Source: Atractiella rhizophila
Taxonomy: Eukaryota
Assembly (NCBI GenBank): GCA_021432655.1
Contig: MU271223.1
Span: 1 to 64,000, forward strand
Length of the DNA stretch: 64,000 nucleotides
Reading direction: 5' to 3'
In this document: positions 51,782 to 64,000 of the stretch, in pieces
Layout: every line of letters begins with the position of its first letter
How positions within the stretch are numbered: position 1 is the stretch's first letter
Translations under genes and position numbers: made by a program
The notes under the pieces: generated by a model
The model's input: the letters and a program-made list of their open reading frames with translations, nothing else
What the model was told of the DNA's origin: nothing
The model's database searches: none

Positions 51782-54178
51782 TCACATCGGCATAGGTCTC
51801 TTCCCTCCTCCTCCACCTCCCCCGCCACGCCTGCTGGAGCCTCCACGGCCGCCCCCTCGTGTCGTCGGCGCAGACATCATCCCCATACTTCTCCCGCTCC
51901 CCACCGAACCGGGAGTGCTCGCTCGTTCAACATAGGTGGAGTAGACATTGTCCAACCAGGCCGTATTCTGGATCCCACGCCAACCCAATCAGAGGAACAT
52001 TCGCGGAACGAGTAAATGTGAAATGACGCACTTGTAACAGTCCTTTGACTTTCTTTTGGAAGGCATGTCGATCCAGCACCTCACCTTCCATCTCCTGTCC
52101 CACTCCATAATCCAAAATCGTATCCTCCACCGCCAGCCTCACAATATCATCCTCCAACCCAGTCCCAACGCCAATGCCTCCTTGTCCGAGTCTCTCCCTC
52201 TCCCTATTCTCCCTCGCCTGCGGATCCTCAGATTGCCACAGAACCCTCTCCTCCCCATAGTTCTCATTGGGATCCTCCCTGCCTTTCCCCTTCCTTTGCT
52301 GTTGTTGCTGCTGATGTTGCAGATGTAGCTGCAACTGTTGTTGTTGTTGTTGTTGTTGTTGCTGATGTTCTCTCCTCATCCTCGCTTCAATCAGAGGACT
52401 CAACTGATCGCTACCCGAAGATCCATTCATCTCCCTCCTCTCCCTCTCCCGGTCCTCCACAATACCAGCCTCCGTCCCTCCCATTCCACCGCCCAATCCA
52501 AGCATAGCCATCAACTGCGCACTCCCATCCATCTCGCTTTCCGAAGGCAACGCTTTCCCTTTCCCATGTCCGTGCCCATGTCCATTCACGCCTGAACCAC
52601 CTCCCATTTCCGGACTGAGCGGCCAGGGGGGCTGGCTGTTCGTCGATGACCCGAACGCTGTTGCTGGCGTTGGGTTCACCGGTCGCGAGCTGTCTCCTTG
52701 CAATGAAGTCGTGTTCGTCGTCCCTGTTGCTTGAGCGAATAGGCGTTCGAGCAGTTGTATTCCAGCAGAAGGCGGATCGGTCGGTTTTGGCGCCGTAAGA
52801 GGAGGTTGGGTTGGAGGTGGTGGTGCGGCGCGGCCAAAGAGAACGTCGAGGGAAATGGATTGGGATTGCGTCTGAGATTGTCCATTGGAAGGTTCAGGCA
52901 CGTAAGCGTTGCTGTTGGATTGGAGGTGAGCGTGGGAGACAGAACCATGGGAGCCGTGATTGAGGTTCGACTGGGTGTAAGAATGGGAATGAGAGGAGGT
53001 CGATTGTTGAACCTGGTGAGACTGCGGCTGAAAAGCAGCTGGGAGCGAGATATCTTCTCCATTCGCGTTCCCAAAGCCAGCAACAGCACCAGAAAAGAGC
53101 ACGTCCAGGGGTATACTGCGTCCTGTTTGGACGCCGACTTCGGGTGGCTGTTCCAGTTCCTCGTCCTCAGTCTCCGTGAAGGGCATTCCGCCATCGATGG
53201 TTTGATGCGAGTGCTGCAAACGAGTGTGCGAAGGTCCATCACGCCCGTCCGTCTCCGCCTCCGTAGTATCGGCATAAGTATCCGGTGGGAGATTGCAGGA
53301 TCGGATGAGCGGCATCGCTCGTTCGATCTCAGCTTCAATCTCTTCTCGTTGATTATCCCAAGTGATTGGTAGTCGGAGAGCATCCACTCGCGCCATGATA
53401 TCTGGGTGGGCAAGGAGGGGGGTGTCGCACGCCCTATTATCCATCATTAAATATATGCATGTTGTGCACTGTTGTGACAACAAAGAACGCACTGCGAGAG
53501 CGCTATGGCCGCTTCCTGCGCTTCCGACACCTCGCTGTACCATATCGCCAACCTAGTACCTGTTATCACACGATTAACTGTTGGTTCGAAGGTATAGGAG
53601 GTGAGGAACATGGAACACACGTGAAGGATCGCAAGGCTCGATGACGATGAATGGAAGTGCGAACTCGACGGCATCGCCGTCTATGCGGCGTTGGTAGTTG
53701 TATATAGATTTTCGATTGAGTACGAGCAGATAAGGCACTAATTCGTTCTTTACTCGACTGCATGAACCAAGGAGGTCAATATTGCTGTCTTCTCGAAGGA
53801 AGAAGGAGGCGAACCGAGTAATGACAAACATTGGTCCCTCGACCGTATCTACATCCTTCACGAACCTTTTGGTCTACAGCCAAATTAAAAAACTTCACTC
53901 CCATTCTCTTTGTTCGAAATGGTGTTAAGACGTACCCAATCCCCTGAATCGCCTCTCTCCATCCATCCATAAACAGTTCCAAACCCCAGCTTTGCAGGAA
54001 TGTCAACGACTGTCGAATCATGTCTCTGGATAGACCTGAGAGTGGTCGAGAGCTGAAATTCTCTGTCAGGCTCGAACGTCCTTTGCGCCTGTCCCGGTTG
54101 ATACTGATGCTGCTGTTGATGTTGGGGAGCATTCTGCTGTTGCTGATAGTGTGGGTTGTGTCGATGCTTGGGTTTCAT
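51782..54178 (-). CDS. DCP1: mRNA decapping activator Dcp1 (EVH1 domain plus long low-complexity C-terminus)
   Basis: LRSIQRHDSTVVDI...VYGW...W...VEGPMFVITR...YLLVLNRKS..N...LAIWY is the Dcp1 EVH1 pattern. Confidence 0.8.
52298..52363. repeat. (CAA/CAG)n microsatellite encoding polyglutamine in DCP1
   Basis: TTG/CTG run on the + strand; translates to HQQQQQQQQQQLQLHLQHQQQQQQ. Confidence 0.9.
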
Positions 54179-54458
54179 CGTGCTGAATCGTCGTTTTTAG
54201 GAGGCTATGGAGGTGGCCAATGCCAAAAGAAGGAGGATGTGGGCGATTTAACCTGGAGAACCCGCTGACAGGGGACCCGATCGAAGATTGATTTGAACAA
54301 GAGCAAATCCTGAATATACGTTAGAGTTCGAAGGTCCTTGCTGCGGTCCTGATTCGGATGTTCTTTATTTCAAAGGGTGTCAACAAGTTCTTCGACTAAT
54401 CCGAACCTTAGAATATATCATTGGAACTTGACATCAAATTAGCATCGAATCTGAAGAG

Positions 54459-55059
54459 ATGAGCCAGAATTCCCATCAAGCGGCGACACAGCTAATATCC
54501 AATGTCCCACTGATAAAGGCACCTTCATTTTGGGTGCCTAAGCCTGCAAGTTGATCACATCCCAAGCTAAACACGAGTAACGCTTAAGTAGGTGACTCTT
54601 CCAGCAGACATCCATCCTCTGCCGCCAGACATAACGGCCTACGTGAGTTTCTCAATGAAAGTACAAAAACTGGCTCAATGGATGTGTGAACAGTTTGTTT
54701 ATCCTCACCTCCTAGAAACGCACGTCCTCTCAACCCTTCCCGCTACGCTCCAAGAACTGCAAACGTCCAAGGAGCAGCGAGCAGCATACCTAATTGCTCG
54801 GGAGGAAGCGAAGAAGCGACGGAAAAAGGAGGAGCTCAGGAAAGTTGCACCAGGATGGGACGAAGGGGAAGGAGTGCTAGTTCCCACCAAGAGGACTTCG
54901 TTAATAGGGACCCCTGCAGCATTAACTCCAAAGCCGGAACCTGTGAAAGAAGAGGAGGAGGAACAGGACCCAATGAAGTTGTTAGTCGATGGATTAGAGC
55001 GCTTAGGAGGTACTTCTACTTCTGCAGCTGCAAGCGCAGCCACGGATGCTCCATTGTAG
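54459..55059 (+). CDS. Small conserved-looking fungal protein of unknown function
   Basis: Spliced IHPLPPDITAY|FVYPHLLE...coiled coil...LRKVAPGWD...GVLVP. Start inferred through intron 54534-54591. Confidence 0.65.
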
Positions 55060-55083
55060 TGCAAGTGAATTAATATTGTATAA

Positions 55084-56094
55084 TTACGATGCCTTCTTTG
55101 CCGATGCAAGTGTCTGTAAGATGGTTGCGAGCTCAGGACTGAAATCAGCTTTCTGGACCTGTCAGTTAGCACAGAAATCAACCAAGGGGAACTCGGAGGA
55201 GCCTTACCTTGAGTGTACGATAATCATAACCAACCTAACGCCAATGTTATACTGTGTAAGGTTCTAAAAGAAGTGCGCACTATGGAGCAATCAGAGGTGG
55301 TGACAACTGTGCGTTGTCTAAACTTTCATATTAGGGGAGGGTCTGTCTGGACAAATGACATGCTCACTGAAGAGACCAGAGAATCGCTTGAAGCTTGAAT
55401 CTATCCTTTTGAATATCGGAAGGTTTATGGAAACAGACGAGGCTATCTGGATAAGTAACTGGCCTCTAAATGCAGGTACAAATGAAGTTAGTCTTGCCGC
55501 TCACTGTCATGATCACACACAGAGGCAACGTACACGGTATTTGAGCGTTATCTCAGCCAATATAAACCCCAAGCCAGTAGCATTGAGGAGGTCGTCTGAC
55601 TGTTGCTTTGGCAGCCTGTGCTCTAGCAAGAAAGAGCGCATGAGAGCAACACGACCTGTCTCCAAGTAACGGAGGTAGTGAGCGTTCTAAGAAGTCCAAA
55701 GTACCAGTTATTTTCTACTCAAGGAAGGATTGAAGGAAATGACTTGCATTAATGTGCCTATCCAAATCGCGACGATATTCAGTCTAAGGCAATGTAGTAA
55801 GCAGCCGCACCTACCTGAAGACGTCCTGTTCTCCCCAGTGCTAAACCAAACAATACCGAACAACTTGTCACCATTGGAAGCAGGATTGAAGGACAATAAT
55901 ATTACAACTTGCACCTCAGCTGCGCTCCTTAAATCGAATCCCTCCTTTTCGGCATAGTCAAGGGCTAAGCCTCGTGATTCATCCAGAGATTGAGGAGGGC
56001 TGGATAATGAGGACCTGGAAACGGTGGACAAGACCCTGCTCCCTCGAACCAGAGCAGAGAAGGGGGATGATAAGCTCTGGAGGAGTAATGCCAT
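55084..56094 (-). CDS. Hotdog-fold acyl-CoA thioesterase (4HBT-like), probable mitochondrial presequence
   Basis: VQV|HWGEQDVF|RHINASHF...RYLETGRV is a 4HBT-type D..H.N...Y.E.GR motif; Ser/Arg-rich N-terminus. Confidence 0.75.
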
Positions 56095-56929
56095 GTCGTT
56101 GTTCGTATAATGTGGTGCTTGTTTTATTTTGAGCACGTGAAGGCATCCCGAAAATCTCTTTTCATCTTATTTTTTTGGCTCACCAAGCCTGACTTTGGGA
56201 TAGGTCGACGAGACTTGCCAGCGCCATTAGCAGGTGCTTTTGCACCACAAGCAGCGCGTCATGCGATGTTAGCAGTTTCAATTTGAATAGCGAAGAAGAA
56301 AGACTATATCCTATACTCTAAGATTCATCAGTTCTTGGCATGAGTCATAAGACGCACTTTTGAGCCCTTACACCTCCCTCACCATACACAATAGAATGAA
56401 ATGTATCATACCATCATATCCCATATGCTTGCCCCTTTCTGAACCTGCAAGGAAATTTTATTCTGAAAGGGTTGAAAAATGCGTTTTGTACTGGACTCGA
56501 ACGCTTACAGGATTGGATCACTGTGGGGTTCAAGGGGCCATGCCCCTTGCAAGTGGGTTGGGGGGCCTGAGGGACGAAGGCCGTTGACACACTTGTTATC
56601 TCTAATACGAAACATAGAGTAATAATACACCTACAGACGTCCATGATTACCTTAAGTAAGTATTAAGTACAGATACTAGTTTCCTGCGAAGTATTAGGTC
56701 GCATAATAGATGACAAGGTCTCTGCAAACTCTGCGAGAGAAGAAGTGGATTCCGAGTATGAGGTTGAAGAATCCTATGCTAACATTAACCTGAATACTAG
56801 AACATAGGGACTATCTAACCTGAGTGAGGGTGTTCAGTGATGACGATGAAGGCGATGACAATTGTGTGCTTGTGGATATGTGTGCCAGCACTCCGTAAAA
56901 CTCGCCCAGCTCTGGCGATGGCGGTGTTC

Positions 56930-59710
56930 CTTGATATTCAGGTTGGCTCAGTCGCTTGCCTTCACGTAAATCCTACTATTCAAGTCCGTATCCTAGAAGG
57001 CACCTACCGACACTCTTTCTTGCTCCTGCAGCAAGTCTGTCGCTCGCGATGCAAACTCAGTGCCATTATATGCCAGGTGTTGTAGTACAGCAGAGATCCT
57101 GTCATACAAATGTTAAGAAAGTTCATTCGTGCTAACAATGAGAGGTAGTTACTTTTGAATGGTTTTTTTGCGGCCAGGAAACCGTCGACTCCACTCCGGG
57201 AGGTAGGCAACATCGAAAGCACTTAGTAACAAAATGCGCAAGCGGACATCTCGAAATCTGGGCAAGCGTTAGACATGAAGTCTCCGGGACAAACAAGCAG
57301 AGAAACTGACACTAATGGATCATCTGGACCCTTTTCATACAATTGATACGAGACTTCGAAAAAGTCGACACATAACCGGACCTGTTCGTCGCAAAATGCT
57401 TCCATCTCAGCCAACAAATTTTTCAGCAGGTTGCTCTCCGGAAAGCGAGAACATGATTCTCGAACGAGCGAAGCTGCCTCAAAGGCATTCTTCGCTTCAG
57501 TTGAGTGAATCTGGTGGCTGTATCCGGCTGGTTCCCCTCCCAGCGGACCAGAGATGACTGGAGTGTGGAACGTCGAAGTCTCGCCGAACGGGATATAAGA
57601 AAAGTTCGTCACTCGCCATTCCCGGAAAGCTATCAGGTGTCGGAAAATTTCGTAGCAGAGATTCTCCGTAATACGTTGCGAGGCACTTTCTTGCCGTATG
57701 ACATGAACTATCCAGGTATTCAGATGACTATCCGTTCGAAAGAGTTAGGAACTCACGTGTGGAAGTGATCTCTCGCGAGACACACCATAAGTGTTCCCAA
57801 GCTGCATCTAAAAATTGACCCTGGTCCGTAAGCTCCATGCAGTGTGGCAAATGTAAAGGATCTATCATGAATTCAGGGTCGCGACCACTTGAACTTGAAC
57901 GGAGGATGGCGCGGATTTCCTCTGCCCGACTGTTCAGTGTCAATCAACGTCTGCTTGATATGGACAGGGCAGGCGAACAGTACGGGGAGTTGAGCAATAA
58001 ATCCATGCAACTGGATATCGAACAACTGTTTCGCATTGAGGTCAGCTTTCCTACGCGTTGTCACAACCTAAAACTTACCCAAAGCCCATCCCAAAATTCG
58101 TCAAAGAGGCTCCGCCTCTCTTCCACCCCACCAGCAGTCTTCCACAACTCTCGAAAGATGTCTATTCCGATCTCTAAAAGCTCGACGGAAGCTTGCGTTT
58201 GAAACCTTGCGAGAGAGCCAAGGAGGATCAAAATGATGGCCAGCGTTTGACGATCTCGTCCACGACGCAAGGGGGAGTTGTCCGCTAAGCAAAGAAACAT
58301 GCATTTCGCGCCGAGTTGAAAGCGCACACTGCCTTTTGAAAAACCTTCTCGACGATATATTAGGTAATTGATGTAAAACGTAATAAAAACGAACCTTGAG
58401 CCCGCAAATCCATGAGGTTGTCTTGTATACGTTGAGGTGGTACTGCAGCCAACGCTTTCGAGCCGAGGATCCCCTGTCATTTCGTTAGCAAATCGATCAA
58501 AGCAAAATATTGAACGTACGGAATGATAGGATCTTTCTGAGCCAATGAATAACAAAAAGGCGAGGTAGATCTCCATATAGTCTGCCAAAGGCTCTTGAGA
58601 TCCTTTTAGGATTTCGTACGACGTCCAAGTGGTTGGGAAGTGAAAGGTCGTAGCGCCTTTGAACCTTGCAACAATGTCCCTCATCCCCACTAACGCAATG
58701 AGAATCAGCATTGTCAGATTTCCTGTGCTATGAAGTACTTACGACACATTAGATGGCCGCTCAAGGCATATGCAAGGTGATAATCTCCCAACCTAGCGTC
58801 GACCGAGACGAATCCAATTGGTCCCTTGTCCCTGTCGAAAATAAAGGCAAGAAACTGCTGTATCCTTGAGAGAGAGACTTTTCGCTTTTGTTGGTTATGC
58901 CCCCGGTCATGTCTACAAAGGCGTCAAGTCTTAATCAATGGAGGAACAGCAAGCTCACGCTCTAAACTTTTTCCCGGGAAATCCCTTCTTCAACGACGCC
59001 ATATCTCTCATCAGCTCGGCGGATGAGGTGTATCCCTCTTTACGCGTGCGCAAGAGTTCCCTTACTCTCCATCGGTCTGACAGTTGTGAATTGTCGAGAC
59101 TTCATATTACGATTGCCATTCAGCCACGAGAAAGAGTGGTGGGAAGGAATATACCAACCCGTCAGGCGAAACTTGAAGCTTCGAAGTGCCCGACGCAGGC
59201 GTTGAAGGAGACGTTTGTTTGTTGATTTTCCTTTTAGGAGGTTGAGCTGGCATGAGGCTTTAACGAATGCAGGGATGGAGAGCCACGATCTGGAGTAACA
59301 TCAGCATGTTTTTCAATGCCACCACAAGACTGCGGCTGTCTTCCGAATCTATGGTGCCACTGTGGTCTGTGGAATTATGGCGAGAATGGAGAAGCAAGAA
59401 TAGGAGCACGAATGTATTCATTCTCACAACTCAGCCTGTCAAAGCCTGTCGGACATAAATGTAAATGCAGCACATCCGCGATGGGTAGGTGACATGAATA
59501 TAGCCCAATCAGCTCATGCATCAGCCGATAGACAGAATATTCGCAACTGGAAGGGAGGACGGATGTGCGGTTCGGCTGGATGCGGAAGCGCAACAATCCT
59601 GCCTGACACAGGAAACAGGAGGACAGACTCTCACCTTGCGTTATAGTATACTTCAAGTAATTCCAGTGATGTAGCGCCTCCTCACACGAGAGCGCCTGAG
59701 CCTCTGTCTA
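56930..59710 (-). CDS. Multi-exon hypothetical protein (possibly F-box-like N-terminus; may be degenerate)
   Basis: Chain of protein-like minus-strand ORFs (59375-59656, 58061-58711, 57728-57943, 57223-57612, 57004-57222) with intron-like gaps; LMHELIGLYSCHLPIADVLHL is weakly F-box-like. Confidence 0.45.
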
Positions 59711-59985
59711 TAGGATGGAGGCGAGGTGATATCGGTGACCCCGTCTCGCAGAGTCATAGACGGCTGAAAGGGATTGTCAGTAACCCCAGAAAGAGTCTTG
59801 TTGTCCAATCATGCTCATAACTCTTGCGGCCTGTCCATTGTGATGTGGTAACTTGGTGGCCCTTCCCCTGGTACTCTCCCGACCGGGTTTTGTTTGTCCA
59901 AGAAGGGAATCGCCGACGTCTGGCCTAAAACCAACAGCCAACTTTCCACGACTGACCCTTCTTAATACCTTCAAAACAGTCAAAA

Positions 59986-61538
59986 ATGGCAGCCGCGAAC
60001 TCAGGAATTGGCATTGCCAACTTGCCTAACCAGGTGGGTGAACAAGCTCCTTTTTTTCAGCAGAAAGGTGACAATTGGGGCTTCAGAGGCACAAAATCGT
60101 CGCGAAGCGTGGAGGCCATTTTACCCTTATGGTCGTGGGCGAATCGGGTCTTGGTGAGTCTTATTCTTGTCATGCGTAGTGTATTAGGCTAATGGCACGA
60201 AACAGGGAAGACGACGCTGATCAATACCCTCTTTTCCACCGAGCTGGCTCAAGTCAAGGATTACAGTCGTCGGCATGCGAAGCAACTCGATAAAACGACT
60301 GAGGTCGAGATTATCAAGGCTGAATTAGAGGAGAAGCAGTTCCGAATCAAGCTGACCGTCATTGATACTCCCGGTTTCGGAGACTATGTCAACAACAGAG
60401 ATTCGTGGCAGCCCATCATAGACTTCGTCGACGACCAGCACGAAAGCTTCATGAGGCAGGAGCAGCAACCTATGAGAGGTGATAAGTTGGATATGAGGGT
60501 TCATGCCTGTCTCTATTTCATCAGACCTACCGGTCATACGTGAGTTCTTTTCAGCTTTTCGGAATTGGAACGGTTGAGTTGAACGACTTGGGTTTGTGAT
60601 GTGTAGATTGAAACCTCTCGACATTGAGATCATGAAACGGCTTGGGACACGAGTCAACCTGATCCCAGTCATTGCCAAAGCAGACACTCTCACCCCTGAC
60701 GATTTGCAAGTCTTCAAGCAACGCGTGAGCCCTTTCTCCTCCAATAAGCTACCACCGACCTAGGTCGTTATGTTTAGATCCGGGACACCATCTCCGCCCA
60801 AGCCATCAGGGTGTACAATGCTCCTATTGACGCAGATGATGAAGCTTCTGCGGAACACGCTAAAGCTCTTATGGGTGCTTTGCCCTTTTCCATCATCGGA
60901 AGCACAGAAGACGTGGTTACCGCTGACGGACGGACTGTCAAGGGTAGGGAATACCTCTGGGGTGTCGCTGAAGGTTTGTCTTCCTTTTCGTAATCAATGT
61001 TTAGAGAATAACCCCTGGCGGGCGCAGTCGAGAACGAGGAACATTGCGACTTCCGCAAACTTCGCTCCCTCCTCATCCGCACGCACATGCTCGACCTCAT
61101 CTCCTCTTCCGAAGAAATCCACTATGAGAATTACCGTCAACAACAGATGGAGACGAGGAAGTTCGGAGAGCCGAAGATCAGGAAACTCGATAATCCCAAG
61201 TTCAAGGAAGAGGAAGAGAATCTCAGGAAGAGGTTTACAGAGCAAGTTAAGTTGGAGGAAGCCCGGTTCAGGCAATGGGAACAACACGTTCGTTTCTTCT
61301 TTCTATGGAATACAGATTTTGATGGATTCATATGATACAGTTGATCGCGGAGAGGGACAGGCTCAATAAGGACCTCGAGACGACCCACGCTACCATCAAG
61401 AGCCTCGAGGGCGAGCTGGGTAGCTTCTTTTAAATTGAACAGTTAATGGGCAATTTTGCTGAGGAATTTTGTCTAGACGCGATGCAAGGAGGGTTCGGCT
61501 CAACCGCGGCTGCTGGCAGTAGAACTCAGAGGAGATGA
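59986..61538 (+). CDS. CDC12: Septin, Cdc12/AspC group
   Basis: [95 protein letters not shown]-terminal coiled coil; ends ...GSRTQRR TGA. Confidence 0.95.
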
Positions 61539-62105
61539 ATCGCCTACAAACCCAATAGGTTCCAAAGGTTTTCGAAATTGATGATTGGAAATCTCGTTAA
61601 CGTCACTTCTCCCTCCCAATCTCCCACTGCTCTCTCTCAAAACGATAACCTTTCTATTGGGTTTGGCGGTGTTAATATTACTCCTACTCCTCTTTCTTCC
61701 CCTTCTCATCCAAAGCAATTATCTGCCACCTCTAATCAAAGCTTTAATCACTTTCTCCCTATTCTTAAACGTTCTAAATCTTACTCCGGTGCCCCTTTTA
61801 ACCACTTCAAAGACGTTTCAACTCAAACTTACGCTTCTATCAAAACCATCTCCCAACTTTCTTCAATTGTCACTAAAGATTTCGGATCTGGTGGGAAAGA
61901 GAAAGAGATCGGAGGGTGGGTGACATTTTTCGAAGACAGGGAGGACGGATGGATTAGTTTCTCTTTCGAGATTATTTCTAAACCTTTCAGGTTGAAAGCG
62001 GCAGCGATGATTTTGGAGAAGAGATGGAAGGAGTGGGAGGAACAGAGGGAGTTGGAGGAGAGAGAGGGGTTGAGAAGTAGGAAGAGGAGAAGGTTCACCG
62101 TTTGA
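61539..62105 (+). CDS. 188-codon open frame in phase with the CDC12 stop (first ATG 61581); unknown protein
   Basis: No stop from 61539 to the TGA ending at 62105; protein-like sequence ending LRSRKRRRFTV. Confidence 0.55.
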   Translation: MAYKPNRFQRFSKLMIGNLVNVTSPSQSPTALSQNDNLSIGFGGVNITPTPLSSPSHPKQLSATSNQSFNHFLPILKRSKSYSGAPFNHFKDVSTQTYASIKTISQLSSIVTKDFGSGGKEKEIGGWVTFFEDREDGWISFSFEIISKPFRLKAAAMILEKRWKEWEEQRELEEREGLRSRKRRRFTV

Positions 62106-62402
62106 CCCATCTTCGTCGGCTCTTTTTCGTCTTGTTTGTTCTCTTGATGTTTTTGTGACACGAATTCGAGCACATAGTCGTATTCCTTCCATTTGTTGGG
62201 TATGCTGTGCATTTCGGTACGTTCTTTGAGGCCAGTTGTCTGTTCCATTGGAGCTTTCTCATGCAATATGGATCTTGGGCTTTCTCTCTCACAGTCGTCC
62301 CCTACTCAGACCTAGTACATGGAGCAAAATTGAGGTCCAAACAACATGGATTTCATGAAAGCACGAAGGAGCATGTAGGCATACGATTCATCAATCAGTC
62401 GC

Positions 62403-63771
62403 TTAAGGAGCTAAACCACAAAATCAGCAATCCGCTTTAATGACTGAGACGGGAAACTCACCATGAAGAGTTTGCAAAAACTCTGCGCTCTTCTTAATCG
62501 GTTCAACCTTGTGGCCCTTCTTCTTTCCGCCCTTCTTAACCCTCTCTTCTTCAAGGATCTCCAACCTCTTCGCGGTCTTAGCGTAGGGGTTAAGTCTGAA
62601 GAGGACTGCGCGGTTCTTGAGAGGATTCTTCTTTTGAGTGTGAGGTCGCTTCGTGAATTTAGTTCCCTTGGGTGCGTTGAGGATGGACTGGATCTCAGTG
62701 CTGTTAATCAGACGCGTGATATCGGGGTTTGCGATTTTAGCAACGGGAAGGCTTGGACGCGAAATCAGTCAGGTGATTGTAGGAGGAGGATGACAACGCA
62801 CTTGAAGTCCTTCTTGAGGGTAGCAGCTTTCTCAAAGGTACCATAGACCTCATCGAGAGCAGCGAAGGCGGATTCGGTCCAGATAACAAAACGACCTAGA
62901 TGTCCACCAGGAGCGAGTTGGAGGAGGTTGAGAGCCTTTACGCTCGCAGTCTCAACACCAGGGACGTTCCTGAAAGCCCTGACGATGCCCCTATCCTCGT
63001 TATAAATCACGAGGGGACCTCGTCGCTGCCTGTACCTTCTTCCCCTCATCTTGCCTTTTCCTGCCCTCATCTTCTTGCTGTTGATAACCCTCTCAATATC
63101 GTGGTAAGCTCCAAGAGTCTTCAAAAGTGTGACTGCCTCCTTGGTCTTGGTGGTCTCTTCGATGGAGGAGGCGAGGACGAGAGGAACCTCCTCAACTTCG
63201 GAAATCGAGTGACCGCGAGCAAGGACGAGGGAGGGGACGGCAGTAGCGGCGAGAGCGGAGACGAGCGCATAGCGCTTCTGTTGAAGAGGGACTTTGACAT
63301 GGAACTTGCGCCAGATCCTGGTAGGAGCAAACATGCGACCACCCCTGCACATGTTGCCAAAGGCAGCCTAACCAAACGTTGCAATCAGCCCACTGTCCAT
63401 CACATTACCCTCTCCAGCAATTTATCTTTCCAATAAGTGGTATAGAAAAGAAACATACCTGACCAGCTCGTTGAGTTCCGGATCCCCCAACCCTTGGAAT
63501 ACGGGCTACAGCCCTTCCCGTACCCCAAGACTCAGCAGAGGTCTGGTGACCGGCTTTTCTCGAGACGGCATATGGTTGTCTCCTATTCTTGGCGACGGAT
63601 TTGTGAACCGCTTGGACGATATCGTTACGGATGGGAGCGGTGAGCACAGATGGTAAGGGGAGGGTGCTGCTGGAGCTCCCGTCCGCTCCTCGGACATTGA
63701 CAACCTAGCAGATTCATGTTAGCTGACGGCTAGAAAGGAGCAACGGAACAACTTACTGCGCGGCTAGCCAT
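62403..63771 (-). CDS. RPL4: 60S ribosomal protein L4 (uL4)
   Basis: [12 protein letters not shown]...[78 protein letters not shown]. Confidence 0.98.
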
Positions 63772-64000
63772 TTGACGTACCTTCAAATTTTGGAGAGGAG
63801 AAAGTGAGCACAGGAAAATAAGGAAGCCTCACTTATTTTACCAGATAAGCTTTGACCAGTTTTACAAGGTTCCGATGAAGGTTCCCCTACCTCGAAGTTG
63901 TTACCTCGCGTCCAGAATCCAGACTGGTTGAAAGAGCCTAGCCCTGGACCTGGAGCAAGCACCATTGAAGGTTGACCGGATGAGTCTCACGAATTAAGCG

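Noticed and set aside
52676..53413. Overlapping 245-aa (-) and 205-aa (+) ORFs inside DCP1, and similar shadow ORFs at 38854-39489, 31228-31776 and 62900-63436
   Set aside because: Alternative-frame or antisense shadows of biased, low-complexity coding sequence; no independent motifs.
56930..59710. KDZ/CxC transposase interpretation of the hypothetical gene
   Set aside because: No CxC clusters or catalytic DDE-type motifs in the translated exons.
61536..61538. Selenocysteine recoding of the CDC12 TGA
   Set aside because: Dikarya are not known to have Sec machinery, there is no redox motif, and no SECIS was recognised.

Overview
Gene-dense eukaryotic DNA from a fungus, most likely a basidiomycete. 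This is inferred from many short (~45-65 nt) GT-AG/GC-AG introns with CTRAY-type branch sites and from fungal-type proteins. Because genes are spliced, the ORF track fragments them; gene spans below were rebuilt by eye and boundaries are approximate. Recognisable genes: Maf-like NTP pyrophosphatase, histone H3, a Dal5-family MFS permease, RNase H2 subunit B, BUD32, ICE2, a ZIP zinc transporter, a CYSTM protein, two C2H2/fungal transcription factors, RPL23, nitronate monooxygenase, alanine aminotransferase, a PPR protein, dynactin p62, PI-PLC, COX19, DCP1, a thioesterase, septin CDC12 and RPL4, plus F-box-like and hypothetical genes. The most notable observations: (i) an internal tandem duplication that fuses two RNase H2B copies in frame; (ii) a 188-codon open frame directly continuing the CDC12 TGA stop (readthrough or bicistronic candidate); (iii) a 2.9-kb tandem duplication with breakpoints inside an IBA57-like gene and an F-box-like gene; (iv) a solitary H3 with tail substitutions and a ~600-nt intron; (v) a DCP1 with a metazoan-like C-terminal architecture. 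No tRNA, rRNA, CRISPR array or intact transposon was recognised.
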